NCBI GenBank assembly: GCA_963798915.1
Contig: CAWCVB010000006.1
Coordinates: forward strand, 256,001 to 320,000
Source of the DNA: an uncultured Gemmatimonadales bacterium
Lineage (GTDB): Bacteria; Gemmatimonadota; Gemmatimonadetes; Gemmatimonadales; GWC2-71-9
Length of the DNA: 64,000 nucleotides
Direction: 5' to 3'
The notes under the pieces were generated by a model. It saw only the letters and a list, made by a program, of their open reading frames with translations, was not told where the DNA came from and searched no databases. Positions 1-9,429 of this stretch are shown here, one piece after another; positions within the stretch are counted from its first letter, which is position 1; each line of letters begins with the position of its first letter. Made by a program: the position numbers and the translations under genes.

Positions 1-356
1 GCACCGCCGGCACTCTCATCGAGCAGCGCCGGCAGGCTCCGGTACACATCAGGCCCAGCGACGAGATCCACCCGTGGCACCGCTTCGAGCAGCATCGGTC
101 CGAGTCGCTGGGCCATGCAGCCCACCACTCCGAGTACGTCCCCTGGTCGCTTGTGGCGCTGCAACTCACCGACCCGGCCCACAACGCGCTGTTCGGCATT
201 GTCGCGGACTGCGCACGTATTCACCAGCATCACGTCCGCATCTTCGGGCGACTCGGTCCGTTCGTAGCCGGCGCGGCCCAGCACTCCGAACATCAGTTCG
301 GTGTCGGCCACGTTCATCTGGCAGCCGTACGTTTCGATGTAGACTCGCTTGGTCAT
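1..356 (-). CDS. miaB: tRNA-2-methylthio-N6-dimethylallyladenosine synthase MiaB, N-terminal part (runs off the window)
   Basis: Not in ORF track; my translation from ATG 356: MTKRVYIETYGCQMNVADTE...VNTCAVRDNAEQRV...GVVGCMAQRLG, the UPF0004 domain with three Cys. Confidence 0.93.
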   Translation of the reverse strand, partial: MTKRVYIETYGCQMNVADTELMFGVLGRAGYERTESPEDADVMLVNTCAVRDNAEQRVVGRVGELQRHKRPGDVLGVVGCMAQRLGPMLLEAVPRVDLVAGPDVYRSLPALLDESAGG

Positions 357-358
357 GA

Positions 359-1510
359 TCAAGGTCGCAGGGTGACGCCCGCTGCCAGCAGGACGGCCGA
401 TTCGTGGTATCCGCCCACAGCAGTCCGCCTCACATAGTCCAACGAGAGTGAGACCAGTCCCGTCGGTGATCCGGCAGAGCCCTGCCGCGCAACGACCATC
501 GCCGTACCCAGGGCCAGCCCCATCTCGCGCGGCTGAGCACCGGAGGTGGCCGGAAATGGCAAGGTTCGGTAATGCGCCCCGACTCGAAGCGGCAGGCGAT
601 CGGGGTCGCGGGCACTGCGCAGCCACTCCGCACCGGCGGAGATATCCACCGTGTTCCGCGCACCGGTACCTCCCAGAGCGCGCAGGTCGGAATCGGCCGC
701 ACCCCAGCGCCTCGAACTGACCGTCGCGGCCAGATCCAGTCGCGCCGCCGGACGCCATCGGAGCGATCCGCCGAACGACCAGGGCAGTTCCACGGCACCT
801 ACCCGGCTGCTGTCGCGGTCAACATTCGCGTGCCCATCGAGTCGCACGAAGGCGGCCAGCGCGGCGTGATGGCCAATGGCCCGCAGGAGCCCGGCGGACA
901 CGCCGAGACCAGCATAGGAAATCTCCGCCTTCTGGTTCACCGGCTGATAGAGCGTGTCACCGAAGGCCCGGCTCAAGGAGATACGGGCGCTGCCGGTGAT
1001 AACGTGAAGCCCGGTGCCGAGACTCCATCCCGATTGGCGAATCGCCGCCAGCAGCCCAAGGTCGCTCAGACCGCCGGTCGAGGTCAGCGTGTCGAAGACC
1101 GGAACAGGCGAGCCCCGCAAATCGACCGTATCGGCGGCAGGCAGGAGGAAATCCCGGTCGGTGTAGTTCGCAAAGGTCGCGCCGAGGGCAAGGGACGTTC
1201 CGGGAATGGGACCGCCGACTGCCACGAGCGGAAAACGGGTATCACGCCCAGTCGCCGACTGCTGCGGACCCGACGAGGACCGGTAATTCTGCAGTATCGT
1301 GAAGGAAGCGTTGAATCGCGCATACTCGCGCACGGCTGCGGGATTGACCGCTGAGGTCGGATCGAACAGCCCGAAACTGCCGCCGGTCGCAAGGGCGCGG
1401 GGCGACATCTGGCGGCTGGTGAGCCCGAGGCCGTTGACGCCGAACTGGGAGGACTGGGCCAGCACGGTTCCCGGAATGGCCAGGAGAAAGACCGCAAGGA
1501 GCCGCCGCAC
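359..1510 (-). CDS. Outer-membrane beta-barrel protein (FadL/PorV-like, uncharacterised)
   Basis: Signal peptide, then ALATGG...SAVNPAA N-terminal motif and alternating amphipathic strands. Confidence 0.6.
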   Translation of the reverse strand: MRRLLAVFLLAIPGTVLAQSSQFGVNGLGLTSRQMSPRALATGGSFGLFDPTSAVNPAAVREYARFNASFTILQNYRSSSGPQQSATGRDTRFPLVAVGGPIPGTSLALGATFANYTDRDFLLPAADTVDLRGSPVPVFDTLTSTGGLSDLGLLAAIRQSGWSLGTGLHVITGSARISLSRAFGDTLYQPVNQKAEISYAGLGVSAGLLRAIGHHAALAAFVRLDGHANVDRDSSRVGAVELPWSFGGSLRWRPAARLDLAATVSSRRWGAADSDLRALGGTGARNTVDISAGAEWLRSARDPDRLPLRVGAHYRTLPFPATSGAQPREMGLALGTAMVVARQGSAGSPTGLVSLSLDYVRRTAVGGYHESAVLLAAGVTLRP

Positions 1511-2709
1511 TATTGGACCTCGAAGGGATATGGCAACGCGTAGGTAATCCGGATGGCGGGCCGCGCCCCGGGCGTTCGGCTGGAGCCGAAATGCGCCAGC
1601 CCGAAGGTGGATGCCTCTGGCGTGAGCGCCAGGATCAGCGAGGATGGAATTCCGTCGGCGCTGTTCCAGAGTCGCGCCACGCTCGTGACATCGAGCGCGA
1701 GCGAGTCGCTGTCGCCGGCATGCAGCTCATGCGTGGTGATCAACTCCGCCGCTGTCTGGATCCGCGGGGACTTGGGACCGAGATCCGAGAAGACGCCCTC
1801 GATGTCGAGCAAGGTCGTGTCGCCGGTTATTGCGCGCACCGGCTGCACCGGAACCAGGATCAGCGTGGCACGTACGATCTCGGCCGAATCGGTGATGCGC
1901 TGCGGTACGCTGAAGCGCAGGATGGAGCGGGCGGAGGGCAGCCCGCCCGCGACCAGGGTGTCCGATCCTGGCGGCGCCATCGGCGCGTCGGTCAGCGTGG
2001 CGTTGAACAGCACGATGCGCGGAATTTCCTGCACCACCGTCGTATCCGGCAGCGCGGCGCGCAGCCAGGAGATGAATTCAGGACCCGCGGTTCCTGCACC
2101 AGCCGACCCGATGGCGACGCCACTGGGCGTCGGGCTGTTCAAACGGTACGCCAGGCGCAGCACGTTGCTGTCGGCAGGCGCAAACGCCACCTTCGCCAGG
2201 TCGGCACCGGCAAAGCGCAGTCGCACCGAGCCGGACGTCAGGTCGTCCGGGAGCGCGATGGTTCCCAGCCGATGATCCTCCGTGAGCGCCCCGGCAACAT
2301 CCGCGTAGGTGGTGTTCGAGTCCAGCGCTATCGCCGCTGGGAGCCGGAAGACGTCCAGCGTGAGGCCGGTGGCGGCTGGATCGCGTCCCAGCACGGTGAG
2401 CGATAGAATGACGGAATCCCGTTCCGCCGCCCGTAACGTGTCCTGGTAGGAAATTGAGTCGAGCGCCCGGGCAAAGCGCACCACGCCGATGGACTGCGCG
2501 CCGTCAAAGCCATCCGAGAGCAGCAGCCTGATGCCCTGCGACGAACTCACAAAGCCGGCATAAGTACTGTCGCGCTCGGCGGGGATGACCGTGTCGCGTA
2601 CAAGCAGGTGCTCGGCGGGACAATTGCCCGGACAGTCACCGGGGGCCGTTAACCGTTCGCTGCAGCCCGCCACACCGGCGACGCCCAGCAACAGCAGGAG
2701 TTGCCTCAT
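1510..2709 (-). CDS. Uncharacterised lipoprotein
   Basis: Start re-placed at ATG 2709 (ATGA overlap with cdd stop); MRQLLLLLGVAGVAGC lipobox; beta-rich body. Confidence 0.65.
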   Translation of the reverse strand: MRQLLLLLGVAGVAGCSERLTAPGDCPGNCPAEHLLVRDTVIPAERDSTYAGFVSSSQGIRLLLSDGFDGAQSIGVVRFARALDSISYQDTLRAAERDSVILSLTVLGRDPAATGLTLDVFRLPAAIALDSNTTYADVAGALTEDHRLGTIALPDDLTSGSVRLRFAGADLAKVAFAPADSNVLRLAYRLNSPTPSGVAIGSAGAGTAGPEFISWLRAALPDTTVVQEIPRIVLFNATLTDAPMAPPGSDTLVAGGLPSARSILRFSVPQRITDSAEIVRATLILVPVQPVRAITGDTTLLDIEGVFSDLGPKSPRIQTAAELITTHELHAGDSDSLALDVTSVARLWNSADGIPSSLILALTPEASTFGLAHFGSSRTPGARPAIRITYALPYPFEVQ

Positions 2710-3092
2710 GCCAGCGACTCCGGTCCGAAGGCGGCAGGCAGGAGATCCCGCACGATCCACTGCGTCCGGGTGGACCTGCCAATGCCCTCGACGACCAGGT
2801 CGAGGTTGAATTCGGCCAGCACCTGCCGACAGGCGCCGCATGGTGCCGCCGGCGGATCGGTGTCGCTCACCACCACAACCCGCCGAAAACCACGGGCTCC
2901 CTGGCTGAGCGCCGCCGCGAGGGCCGAGCGCTCAGCACACATCGTAAGGCCGTACGAGGCATTTTCCACATTGCACCCGGCAAAGATGGCTCCATCCTCC
3001 GCCTCGATCGCGGCTCCAACCCGAAAATGTGAATAGGGAGCGTACGCGTGCGCCTGCGCCGCGCGCGCGGCCAGCTCCAGTCCGTCTGTCAC
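2706..3092 (-). CDS. cdd: Cytidine deaminase (homotetrameric type)
   Basis: AYAPYSHFRVGAA, GCNVENASYG, CAE and PCGAC zinc motifs. Confidence 0.96.
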   Translation of the reverse strand: MTDGLELAARAAQAHAYAPYSHFRVGAAIEAEDGAIFAGCNVENASYGLTMCAERSALAAALSQGARGFRRVVVVSDTDPPAAPCGACRQVLAEFNLDLVVEGIGRSTRTQWIVRDLLPAAFGPESLA

Positions 3093-4255
3093 GTCCAGAC
3101 CTCGTTGAGAAATGAGGTGCCCGCGGCGAGCGGGCCGGCCCCCAGAAATTCGGCCACCGTCTGCCCCACATCGGCAAAGGTGGCCCGCCGTCCCAGGGAA
3201 ACAGGCCGCACTCGCGGGCCGGCCACCAGCAGAGGAACCACTTCTCGGGAATGATCCGTGGAAGGGGTCGTGGGATCGTTGCCGTGATCGGCCGTAAAGA
3301 TAATGACGTCGTCGCGCCGAAGCTTCCCGAGCAGCCGCGGCAGCGCCGCATCGAGCTCCTGCAGGCCGCCAAGAAAGCCGGCCACGTCATTGCGGTGACC
3401 CCAGGACTGGTCAAATTCGATCACGTTGGCAAACAGCAAGCCACGCTCCATGCTGGTCAGGGCCTCGTCCAGCAAGGTGTACGCCGCCTCATTGGTCGGC
3501 GCGTGCGTCGCACGGATGTGACGAGAGGCGAACAGGTCGTCAACCTTGCCCACGCCAACCCGCGGAATGCCGCGCTCGGCAAGCGCGTCGAGCAGAGTGC
3601 CGCTGGGCGGCGGCAGGCTGTAATCCCGCCGACCGGCGGTCCGGATCCAGGCGCCGTCCTCACCCCGGAAGGGACGCGCGATGACCCGCGAAACCGCATG
3701 CTCACCGTGGAGCATCGCACGCGCAATCCGGCACGCCGAGTAGAGTTCCTCCAATGGCACCACGGCCTCGTGGGCCGCGACCTGAAAGACGCTGTCGGCG
3801 GAGGTGTAGACAATCCAGTCACCCGTCCGGACATGCTCCTGCGCCAGCTGCTCAAGGATGGCCGTCCCCGACGACGCGCGATTGCCCAGGATCCCTCGGC
3901 CGGTCAACCGGCTGAACTCCTGGACGACGTCTTCCGGAAAGCCAGCGGGATATGTCGGGAACGGTCTGTCCAGAATGACGCCACAGATTTCCCAGTGTCC
4001 CGTGGTGCTGTCCTTGCCCGGGCTGACAGGTTCAGCCGTGCCCCATGCCGCACCCGCCCCCGTCACGGCTGAAATTCCCTCGAGTGGCGCGCAGCGACCG
4101 AGGCCCAGCGCCTCGAGATTGGGCAGCGCCAGTCCGGAACCGGCCAGAACATTCGCGAGCGTATTGCTCCCGCCGTCCCCATACGCAACGGTATCGGGCG
4201 CCGCTCCGATGCCCAGTCCGTCGAGCACGACGATAGCGGCACGGCGCTCGCTCAC
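3089..4255 (-). CDS. deoB: Phosphopentomutase
   Basis: IVVLDGLGIG, GKDSTTGHWE, YTSADSVFQ, GHRND, TADHGNDP, DHSRE; GTG 4255 overlaps alr stop. Confidence 0.96.
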   Translation of the reverse strand: MSERRAAIVVLDGLGIGAAPDTVAYGDGGSNTLANVLAGSGLALPNLEALGLGRCAPLEGISAVTGAGAAWGTAEPVSPGKDSTTGHWEICGVILDRPFPTYPAGFPEDVVQEFSRLTGRGILGNRASSGTAILEQLAQEHVRTGDWIVYTSADSVFQVAAHEAVVPLEELYSACRIARAMLHGEHAVSRVIARPFRGEDGAWIRTAGRRDYSLPPPSGTLLDALAERGIPRVGVGKVDDLFASRHIRATHAPTNEAAYTLLDEALTSMERGLLFANVIEFDQSWGHRNDVAGFLGGLQELDAALPRLLGKLRRDDVIIFTADHGNDPTTPSTDHSREVVPLLVAGPRVRPVSLGRRATFADVGQTVAEFLGAGPLAAGTSFLNEVWT

Positions 4256-5337
4256 GGGGAGCCGGCGTACCGACGCGCGACCCGTGGAGCGAGCGCGGTG
4301 AGCAGTTCGTACGAGATGGTCCCGGCCAGCGATGCCTGTTCGTCCAGCGTCACCAGACCTCCAAAGATGGTGGCGATATCGTCCGGCCGAGTGCCGGCGC
4401 GCGCCTCGACCACCGTCATGTCCATGGTGATCCGGCCGAGAACAGGGACCCGTTTGCCATTGAGTTCCGCCACGCCGCGGCCCGAGGCTGACCGGAGCCA
4501 GCCGTCGCCATAGCCGGCGGCAATGACGGCGACCCGGGTAGCCACCTTGGCGCGCCAGGTGGCGCCATAACTCGCCGTCTGGCCCGGGACGAGTTGCTCC
4601 ACCGCGACGACCCGGGCCTGGAAGCGCGCCACCGGCTCGGGATCCCGCCCTCCGGCACGTCCGCCGTACAGAAAGATGCCTGGCCGCACCAGATCGGCGG
4701 CCCATTCCGGATTTCGCAGCAACGCGGCGCTGTTGGCGGCGTGAACCAGCGGCGGCCGGCCGATCGCATCGACGGCTCGCTGGAAGTCGGCCCATTGCAC
4801 CGGAAGGGTGCCCGGATCCTCGTCGGCGGAGTGGAAGTGCGTCGCGATCCCCTGGTAGCCCGCGGCGTCTCGCAGCAGCGTCCGCAAGGCATCACATTCG
4901 CCAGGTGCACCGGTGGCCTGGAACCCGCCACGCGCCATTCCGGTATCGATCCCGATGTGGAATGGGAGTTCGCCGGTGAGCTGGACCCAGGCGCGCACAG
5001 AGTCGAGGTCGGCCAGCAACGGCGTCAGCCTGTCGTGCGCCAGCGCCGCCAGCCAGCTCGGCGGACACGGGGTGCAGACCAGGATAGGGAGCTCAACACC
5101 TGCCGCCCGCAGTTCCCGTCCCTCTCCCGGGCTCGCCACGCCGAATCCCCACGGATCGAGCGGCAGCAGCGCGCGTGCGACGGCGACGGCACCGAGCCCG
5201 TAGCCGTTAGCTTTGACCATGGGCAGCAGGCGCGCGCCGGTGGCTGACGCCACACAGCGGGCGTTGCGGACCATGGCAGCGAGGTCCACGTCCACCCAGG
5301 CGCGTTCGAGCTGGTCAGGAGGCAGGGCGGTCGTCAC
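4252..5337 (-). CDS. alr: Alanine racemase
   Basis: VKANGYGLG PLP lysine, IDTGMARGG, HAANSAA, VRPGIFLYG, GYGDG, GRITMD; start GTG 5337 (alternative ATG 5352). Confidence 0.95.
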   Translation of the reverse strand: MTTALPPDQLERAWVDVDLAAMVRNARCVASATGARLLPMVKANGYGLGAVAVARALLPLDPWGFGVASPGEGRELRAAGVELPILVCTPCPPSWLAALAHDRLTPLLADLDSVRAWVQLTGELPFHIGIDTGMARGGFQATGAPGECDALRTLLRDAAGYQGIATHFHSADEDPGTLPVQWADFQRAVDAIGRPPLVHAANSAALLRNPEWAADLVRPGIFLYGGRAGGRDPEPVARFQARVVAVEQLVPGQTASYGATWRAKVATRVAVIAAGYGDGWLRSASGRGVAELNGKRVPVLGRITMDMTVVEARAGTRPDDIATIFGGLVTLDEQASLAGTISYELLTALAPRVARRYAGSP

Positions 5338-5347
5338 GGTGGCGCGA

Positions 5348-5377
5348 ATCATATTTCCGACGGGAGAAGCGATGCAA
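5348..5377 (-). promoter_or_regulatory. Putative sigma70 promoter for alr
   Basis: TTGCAT-N18-TATGAT on minus strand, 10 nt before GTG 5337; -35 overlaps the mazG ATG. Confidence 0.5.
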
Positions 5378-6129
5378 GGCAAGCCGGCGTTGCGGAGGGT
5401 GATGGACCTGGTCGCCGACCTTCGAGAGCGCTGTCCCTGGGACCACGCGCAGACCCGTGCAACGCTCCGCCCGTATCTGGTCGAGGAGGTCCTCGAGCTG
5501 GACCATGCCATCGCGAGTGGAGATGCCGACGCCATCCGTGAGGAACTCGGCGACTTCATGCTGCATCTGGCTTGGCAGCTGGTGCTGTCGGAAGCTGAGG
5601 GCAGTATCACTGCGGACGCTCTTGCCGATCAGGTCGTGCGCAAGATGCAGCGGAGGCATCCGCACCTCTTTGATCTCGGGCCGCGCGAGCCGTGGGAATC
5701 GCTCAAGCGGCGCGAGCGCGCTGGCGGCACCCTGGATGGACTTCCCCCTCTCTTCCCGCGCTGCTCATGGCCTTTCGCCTGCAGGAGCGCGCGGCCTCGG
5801 TCGGGTTCGACTGGCCTGATGTCAACGGGCCGCTGGAAAAGGTACGGGAGGAGACGGCGGAGGCGCAGGCGGCCTTGGGCGAAGCCAGCCCCGAGGCCAT
5901 CCAGGACGAGCTGGGCGACCTGCTCTTTGCCGTCGTGAACCTGGCCCGGAAGGCGGGCGTTCAGCCGGAAGCCGCGCTGGAGCGCGCCAACGCCAAGTTC
6001 GCCAGCCGATTTCGCCAGATGGAGCTGATGGCGCGACAGCGCGGCATCACGATGGAGGACGTTGGGCTTGAGCACCTTGACCGGCTCTGGGACGAGGTAA
6101 AGCGGGAAGGTCCGGTCACCGCTCCCTAG
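5372..6129 (+). pseudogene. mazG: Nucleoside triphosphate pyrophosphohydrolase MazG, frameshifted near 5744-5748
   Basis: CPWDHAQT...EEVLEL...EELGD...RRHPHLF in one frame and SLPALLMAFRLQERAASVGFDW...DELGDLLFAVVNLARK in the other; one extra C in the C5 run joins them; GGGAG SD before ATG 5372. Confidence 0.85.
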
Positions 6130-6139
6130 TCGGCCCGGG

Positions 6140-7435
6140 TCAGGGATAGAGCCGGTGCAGCTGACGGGGGAACGCAATGGCCTCGCGGATGTGGGGCAGC
6201 CCGCAAATCCATGCCACGGCACGCTCGACGCCAAGCCCGAATCCCGAGTGCACAAAGCTGCCGTACCTGCGCAGGTCCAGATACCAGCCGTAGGCGTCCG
6301 GGTTGAGCCCCTGCGCCTTGATGCGTGCAAGGAGTCGCTCGTAGTCATCCTCGCGCTGGGATCCGCCGATGATCTCGCCGTACCCCTCAGGGGCCAGGCA
6401 GTCATTGTTCAGTACCGTCCGCGGGTCGGCCGGATTCTCTTTCATGTAGAATGCCTTCACCTCGCGCGGATAATTGAACACGAAGACGGGCCGGTCGTAC
6501 TCCTGGGCAAGCAGCGTCTCATCGTCGCCACCGAGATCGCGCCCCCATTCGATATCCGATCCCAGCTGCCTGAGCCGGGTCACCGCGTCCGTGTAGGAGA
6601 TGCGGTGAAAGGGCGCCTGCACGTGCGCGAGTGGCGCCGTGTCGCGCTCCAGTTCCGCCAGTTCCGCCGAACGGCGATCGAGGACTCGCGCCACGACAAA
6701 GCTGAGGAACTCTTCCTGCAGCCGCATGTTGTCGTCCGAGTCATTGAAGGCGACCTCCGGCTCGACCATCCAGAACTCGGTCAGATGCCGGCGCGTCTTG
6801 CTCTTCTCGGCCCGGAAGGTGGGCCCGAAGCAGTAGACCCGGCCAAGGGCCGCGGCGGCGGCCTCGAGGTACAACTGGCCGGTCTGGGCCAGGTAGGCGG
6901 TGCCCAGGTCGAAATATTCGGTGGCAAACAGGTTGCCGGCCTCTTCCCCGATGGCGCCGGTCAGGATCGGCGTGTCCACCAGGGTGAAGTCGCGCTCGTA
7001 AAAGAAGTCCCGGACGCCCTGAACGAACTCGTGGCGCACGCGGGCGATTGCCGCCTGGCGGCGGCTCCGCAGCCACAGGTGTCTATGTTCGAAGAGGAAA
7101 GGCGTCCCATGCTCTTTAGGAGAGATGGGGAAATTGGGACTTGCTCCGAGAACGTCGATTTGCCGGATACCAAGCTCAACGCCTCCCGGCGATCGCGCGT
7201 CGGGACGCACCTCGCCGGTCAGCGCGACGCTGGTCTCCTGGGTGAGCTCCGTGAAACGCGCCCAGACGTCCTCCTCCACCTCCTTCTGCGAAACGATTCC
7301 CTGAACCACACCGGAGCCGTCCCGAATGACCACAAACGCGATCTTCCCGCTTGAGCGCGTGGTCATCACCCAGCCGCGCACCGTCACCTCCTGGCCGGTG
7401 AGGCTGCCCAGTTCGCTGATTCGTGCCACGGTCAT
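6140..7435 (-). CDS. asnS: Asparagine--tRNA ligase
   Basis: OB fold, HRHLWLRS, AYLAQTGQLY, FRAEKSKTRRHLTEFWMVEPE, EIIGGSQRE, GFGLGVER; start ATG 7435. Confidence 0.96.
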   Translation of the reverse strand: MTVARISELGSLTGQEVTVRGWVMTTRSSGKIAFVVIRDGSGVVQGIVSQKEVEEDVWARFTELTQETSVALTGEVRPDARSPGGVELGIRQIDVLGASPNFPISPKEHGTPFLFEHRHLWLRSRRQAAIARVRHEFVQGVRDFFYERDFTLVDTPILTGAIGEEAGNLFATEYFDLGTAYLAQTGQLYLEAAAAALGRVYCFGPTFRAEKSKTRRHLTEFWMVEPEVAFNDSDDNMRLQEEFLSFVVARVLDRRSAELAELERDTAPLAHVQAPFHRISYTDAVTRLRQLGSDIEWGRDLGGDDETLLAQEYDRPVFVFNYPREVKAFYMKENPADPRTVLNNDCLAPEGYGEIIGGSQREDDYERLLARIKAQGLNPDAYGWYLDLRRYGSFVHSGFGLGVERAVAWICGLPHIREAIAFPRQLHRLYP

Positions 7436-8525
7436 GGGAAAACCATTGAGAAAATGGACATTGCGTGTGGGAGGCTGGAGTCTAGCGGCGCTGGGAATGA
7501 GCGTCAACGCAGCGTGCATCAACTTTCACCCGCCGCCCGAGCCAATTCCGCCAGCGGCGGCTGGCGATGCGCCCGCGGAGGCGTGGGTTGCCAGCACAGC
7601 CCGGGGGGTATCCGCACCCCTGGCCGTCACCGGCCGGATCTTGGTGGCGGCGGCAGCCAACCGCCGGATGGTGGCGCTCTCGACCGATTCAGCGCAGACG
7701 CTCTGGACCGTGCATTTGCCCGGCGAGGCAACCGGTGGAGTGCTCGCGGGGGACGGCCGGCTGTATGTGGGTACTGGCCGCCCGTCCGGTCGCATCGAGG
7801 CCGTGTCGCTGGCCGGGAAGCCCGTCTGGAGCACGCGCACCGGCCAGATCACGTCGCCCTTGACGAGAGTGGGTGACATGATCACGGCCATGAACGACCA
7901 CCAGCAGCTCGTGGCCATCAATGCGACCACCGGCCGGCTGCGTTGGCAACGCCACGCGGGGAGTTCACGAACCGCACCTGCTGACGCAGGCGGAGGATTG
8001 GTCCTGGTCACCACCATGGACTCGCTGCTGCTGTTCGAAACATCGGCAGGGCGCGTGGTTGCTCGCCGGCCCGCGCGGGGCGTGAGTCTGAGCGGCTGGA
8101 CACGGGTTGGGTCATGGCTGGTGAGCGGCACATCCGACTCTGCGGTGGTTGGGCTCGATCCCGGCACGCTCGAGGATGCATGGCGGGTGCACACCGATGC
8201 GCCGGTGCTCGGGCCGGTGGCCGTGAAGGGCGACACCATCTGGGCGGCTTCGCGCATAGGCACCGTGTACGAAATTACCGGCACGAACGCTCCCTCTTCT
8301 CGAGTCGTCGCGCGCCTGGGATGGCCCCTGACATCCGGCGTGGCCGCAATGGGCGACGACCTGGTTGTCGGGGGCGCGGACGGTGTCCTTCGGGGGCTGA
8401 ATCATGATGGGTCGGAGCACTGGCGGGTCCAGGTCTGGCCCGCGGTGGATGTCCCTCCGGTGCCACTTCCGGACGGCTTCCTCGCCATCGGAGGCGCTGG
8501 CGACTTGCACCGGTTCATCCGATGA
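7434..8525 (+). CDS. PQQ-repeat beta-propeller protein (BamB-like), probably exported or lipoprotein; start uncertain (7434/7461/7467)
   Basis: Repeated A(I/L)xxxxGxxxW motifs (AINATTGRLRW, GLDPGTLEDAW, GLNHDGSEHW); N-terminal hydrophobic stretch ending AAC. Confidence 0.75.
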   Translation: MGKPLRKWTLRVGGWSLAALGMSVNAACINFHPPPEPIPPAAAGDAPAEAWVASTARGVSAPLAVTGRILVAAAANRRMVALSTDSAQTLWTVHLPGEATGGVLAGDGRLYVGTGRPSGRIEAVSLAGKPVWSTRTGQITSPLTRVGDMITAMNDHQQLVAINATTGRLRWQRHAGSSRTAPADAGGGLVLVTTMDSLLLFETSAGRVVARRPARGVSLSGWTRVGSWLVSGTSDSAVVGLDPGTLEDAWRVHTDAPVLGPVAVKGDTIWAASRIGTVYEITGTNAPSSRVVARLGWPLTSGVAAMGDDLVVGGADGVLRGLNHDGSEHWRVQVWPAVDVPPVPLPDGFLAIGGAGDLHRFIR

Positions 8526-8977
8526 GACGCTCGCTTTCAGGTGCCGCCCTCCTCCTCATCGTGTGGAGCACCGCCGTCCAGGCCCAGGGCAGCCCGGCGC
8601 TCGTGAAATACGGCAAGTGGCTGCTCGTCTCTGGCGCCATCGGCATGAATGTCGCCGCGGCCCATGCCCACCATGATGCCGACGGGTTCTTCGCTCAGTT
8701 GAATGACCGGTGCGCCGAGGATCCGACGCTCTGCATGGTAGGCTCGGGCGGGGCTTATCTCGACCAGGAGAGTGAGCGGCTCTATCAGGCGTCCGTGGCG
8801 CTCGACCACCGCGCCCGCAACTGGCTGATCGGCGGTGAGGCCGCCGCACTTGGCGCCGCGGTGATGTTTGTCTGGGAATTCGCCCGACCCAAGGGCCCGC
8901 CAGACAATATTCCCTTCGAACCGAAGGTGAGCATCCAGCCCTCCCGGACCGACTTGGGAGTATCCATTCGCTTCTGA
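8522..8977 (+). CDS. Hypothetical exported/membrane protein
   Basis: ATGA overlap with upstream gene, signal peptide, two hydrophobic segments, Cys pair, C-terminal Phe. Confidence 0.65.
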   Translation: MRRSLSGAALLLIVWSTAVQAQGSPALVKYGKWLLVSGAIGMNVAAAHAHHDADGFFAQLNDRCAEDPTLCMVGSGGAYLDQESERLYQASVALDHRARNWLIGGEAAALGAAVMFVWEFARPKGPPDNIPFEPKVSIQPSRTDLGVSIRF

Positions 8978-9032
8978 GCAGCGCATGGGAAGCGCTGTGC
9001 CCACCACACTCACCGCTCGCTGGTTCGCGCAG

Positions 9033-9392
9033 TCACCGCTTTGGGCGATGGGCGACCGCGCCGCCGATCATGCCGGTCACGATGCCCGTCAGGGTGCCGA
9101 TCCCGATCACGTTGCCCGGCACATCATGCAACCCGAACGACACAATCGTCCCCAGGAAGCTGCTCACGCTGGCGGCGATGGCGCCGCCCCGGGCGCTTCC
9201 CATGCGCCCGGCGCGGTGGGACCATTTGCCGAACATGATGCCAGTGGCAAACCCGATCAGCGAGCCGAGAATCGGGAATCCGTTCCTGATCGGCTCCACC
9301 CAATGCCCCAGCACGACCATAGCGACCTGCAGGAGCGTCCCGATGATCGTCGCCCTGGCCAGTGCGCCGCGCGATTCCACTGTCGCATCCAT
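9033..9392 (-). CDS. Small Gly-rich four-helix membrane protein
   Basis: ATG 9392 with GGGAGAG SD; four hydrophobic segments. Confidence 0.65.
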   Translation of the reverse strand: MDATVESRGALARATIIGTLLQVAMVVLGHWVEPIRNGFPILGSLIGFATGIMFGKWSHRAGRMGSARGGAIAASVSSFLGTIVSFGLHDVPGNVIGIGTLTGIVTGMIGGAVAHRPKR

Positions 9393-9429
9393 GGTGCTCT
9401 CCCAGTCTGAGAAAGAACTCCCGCTGGTG

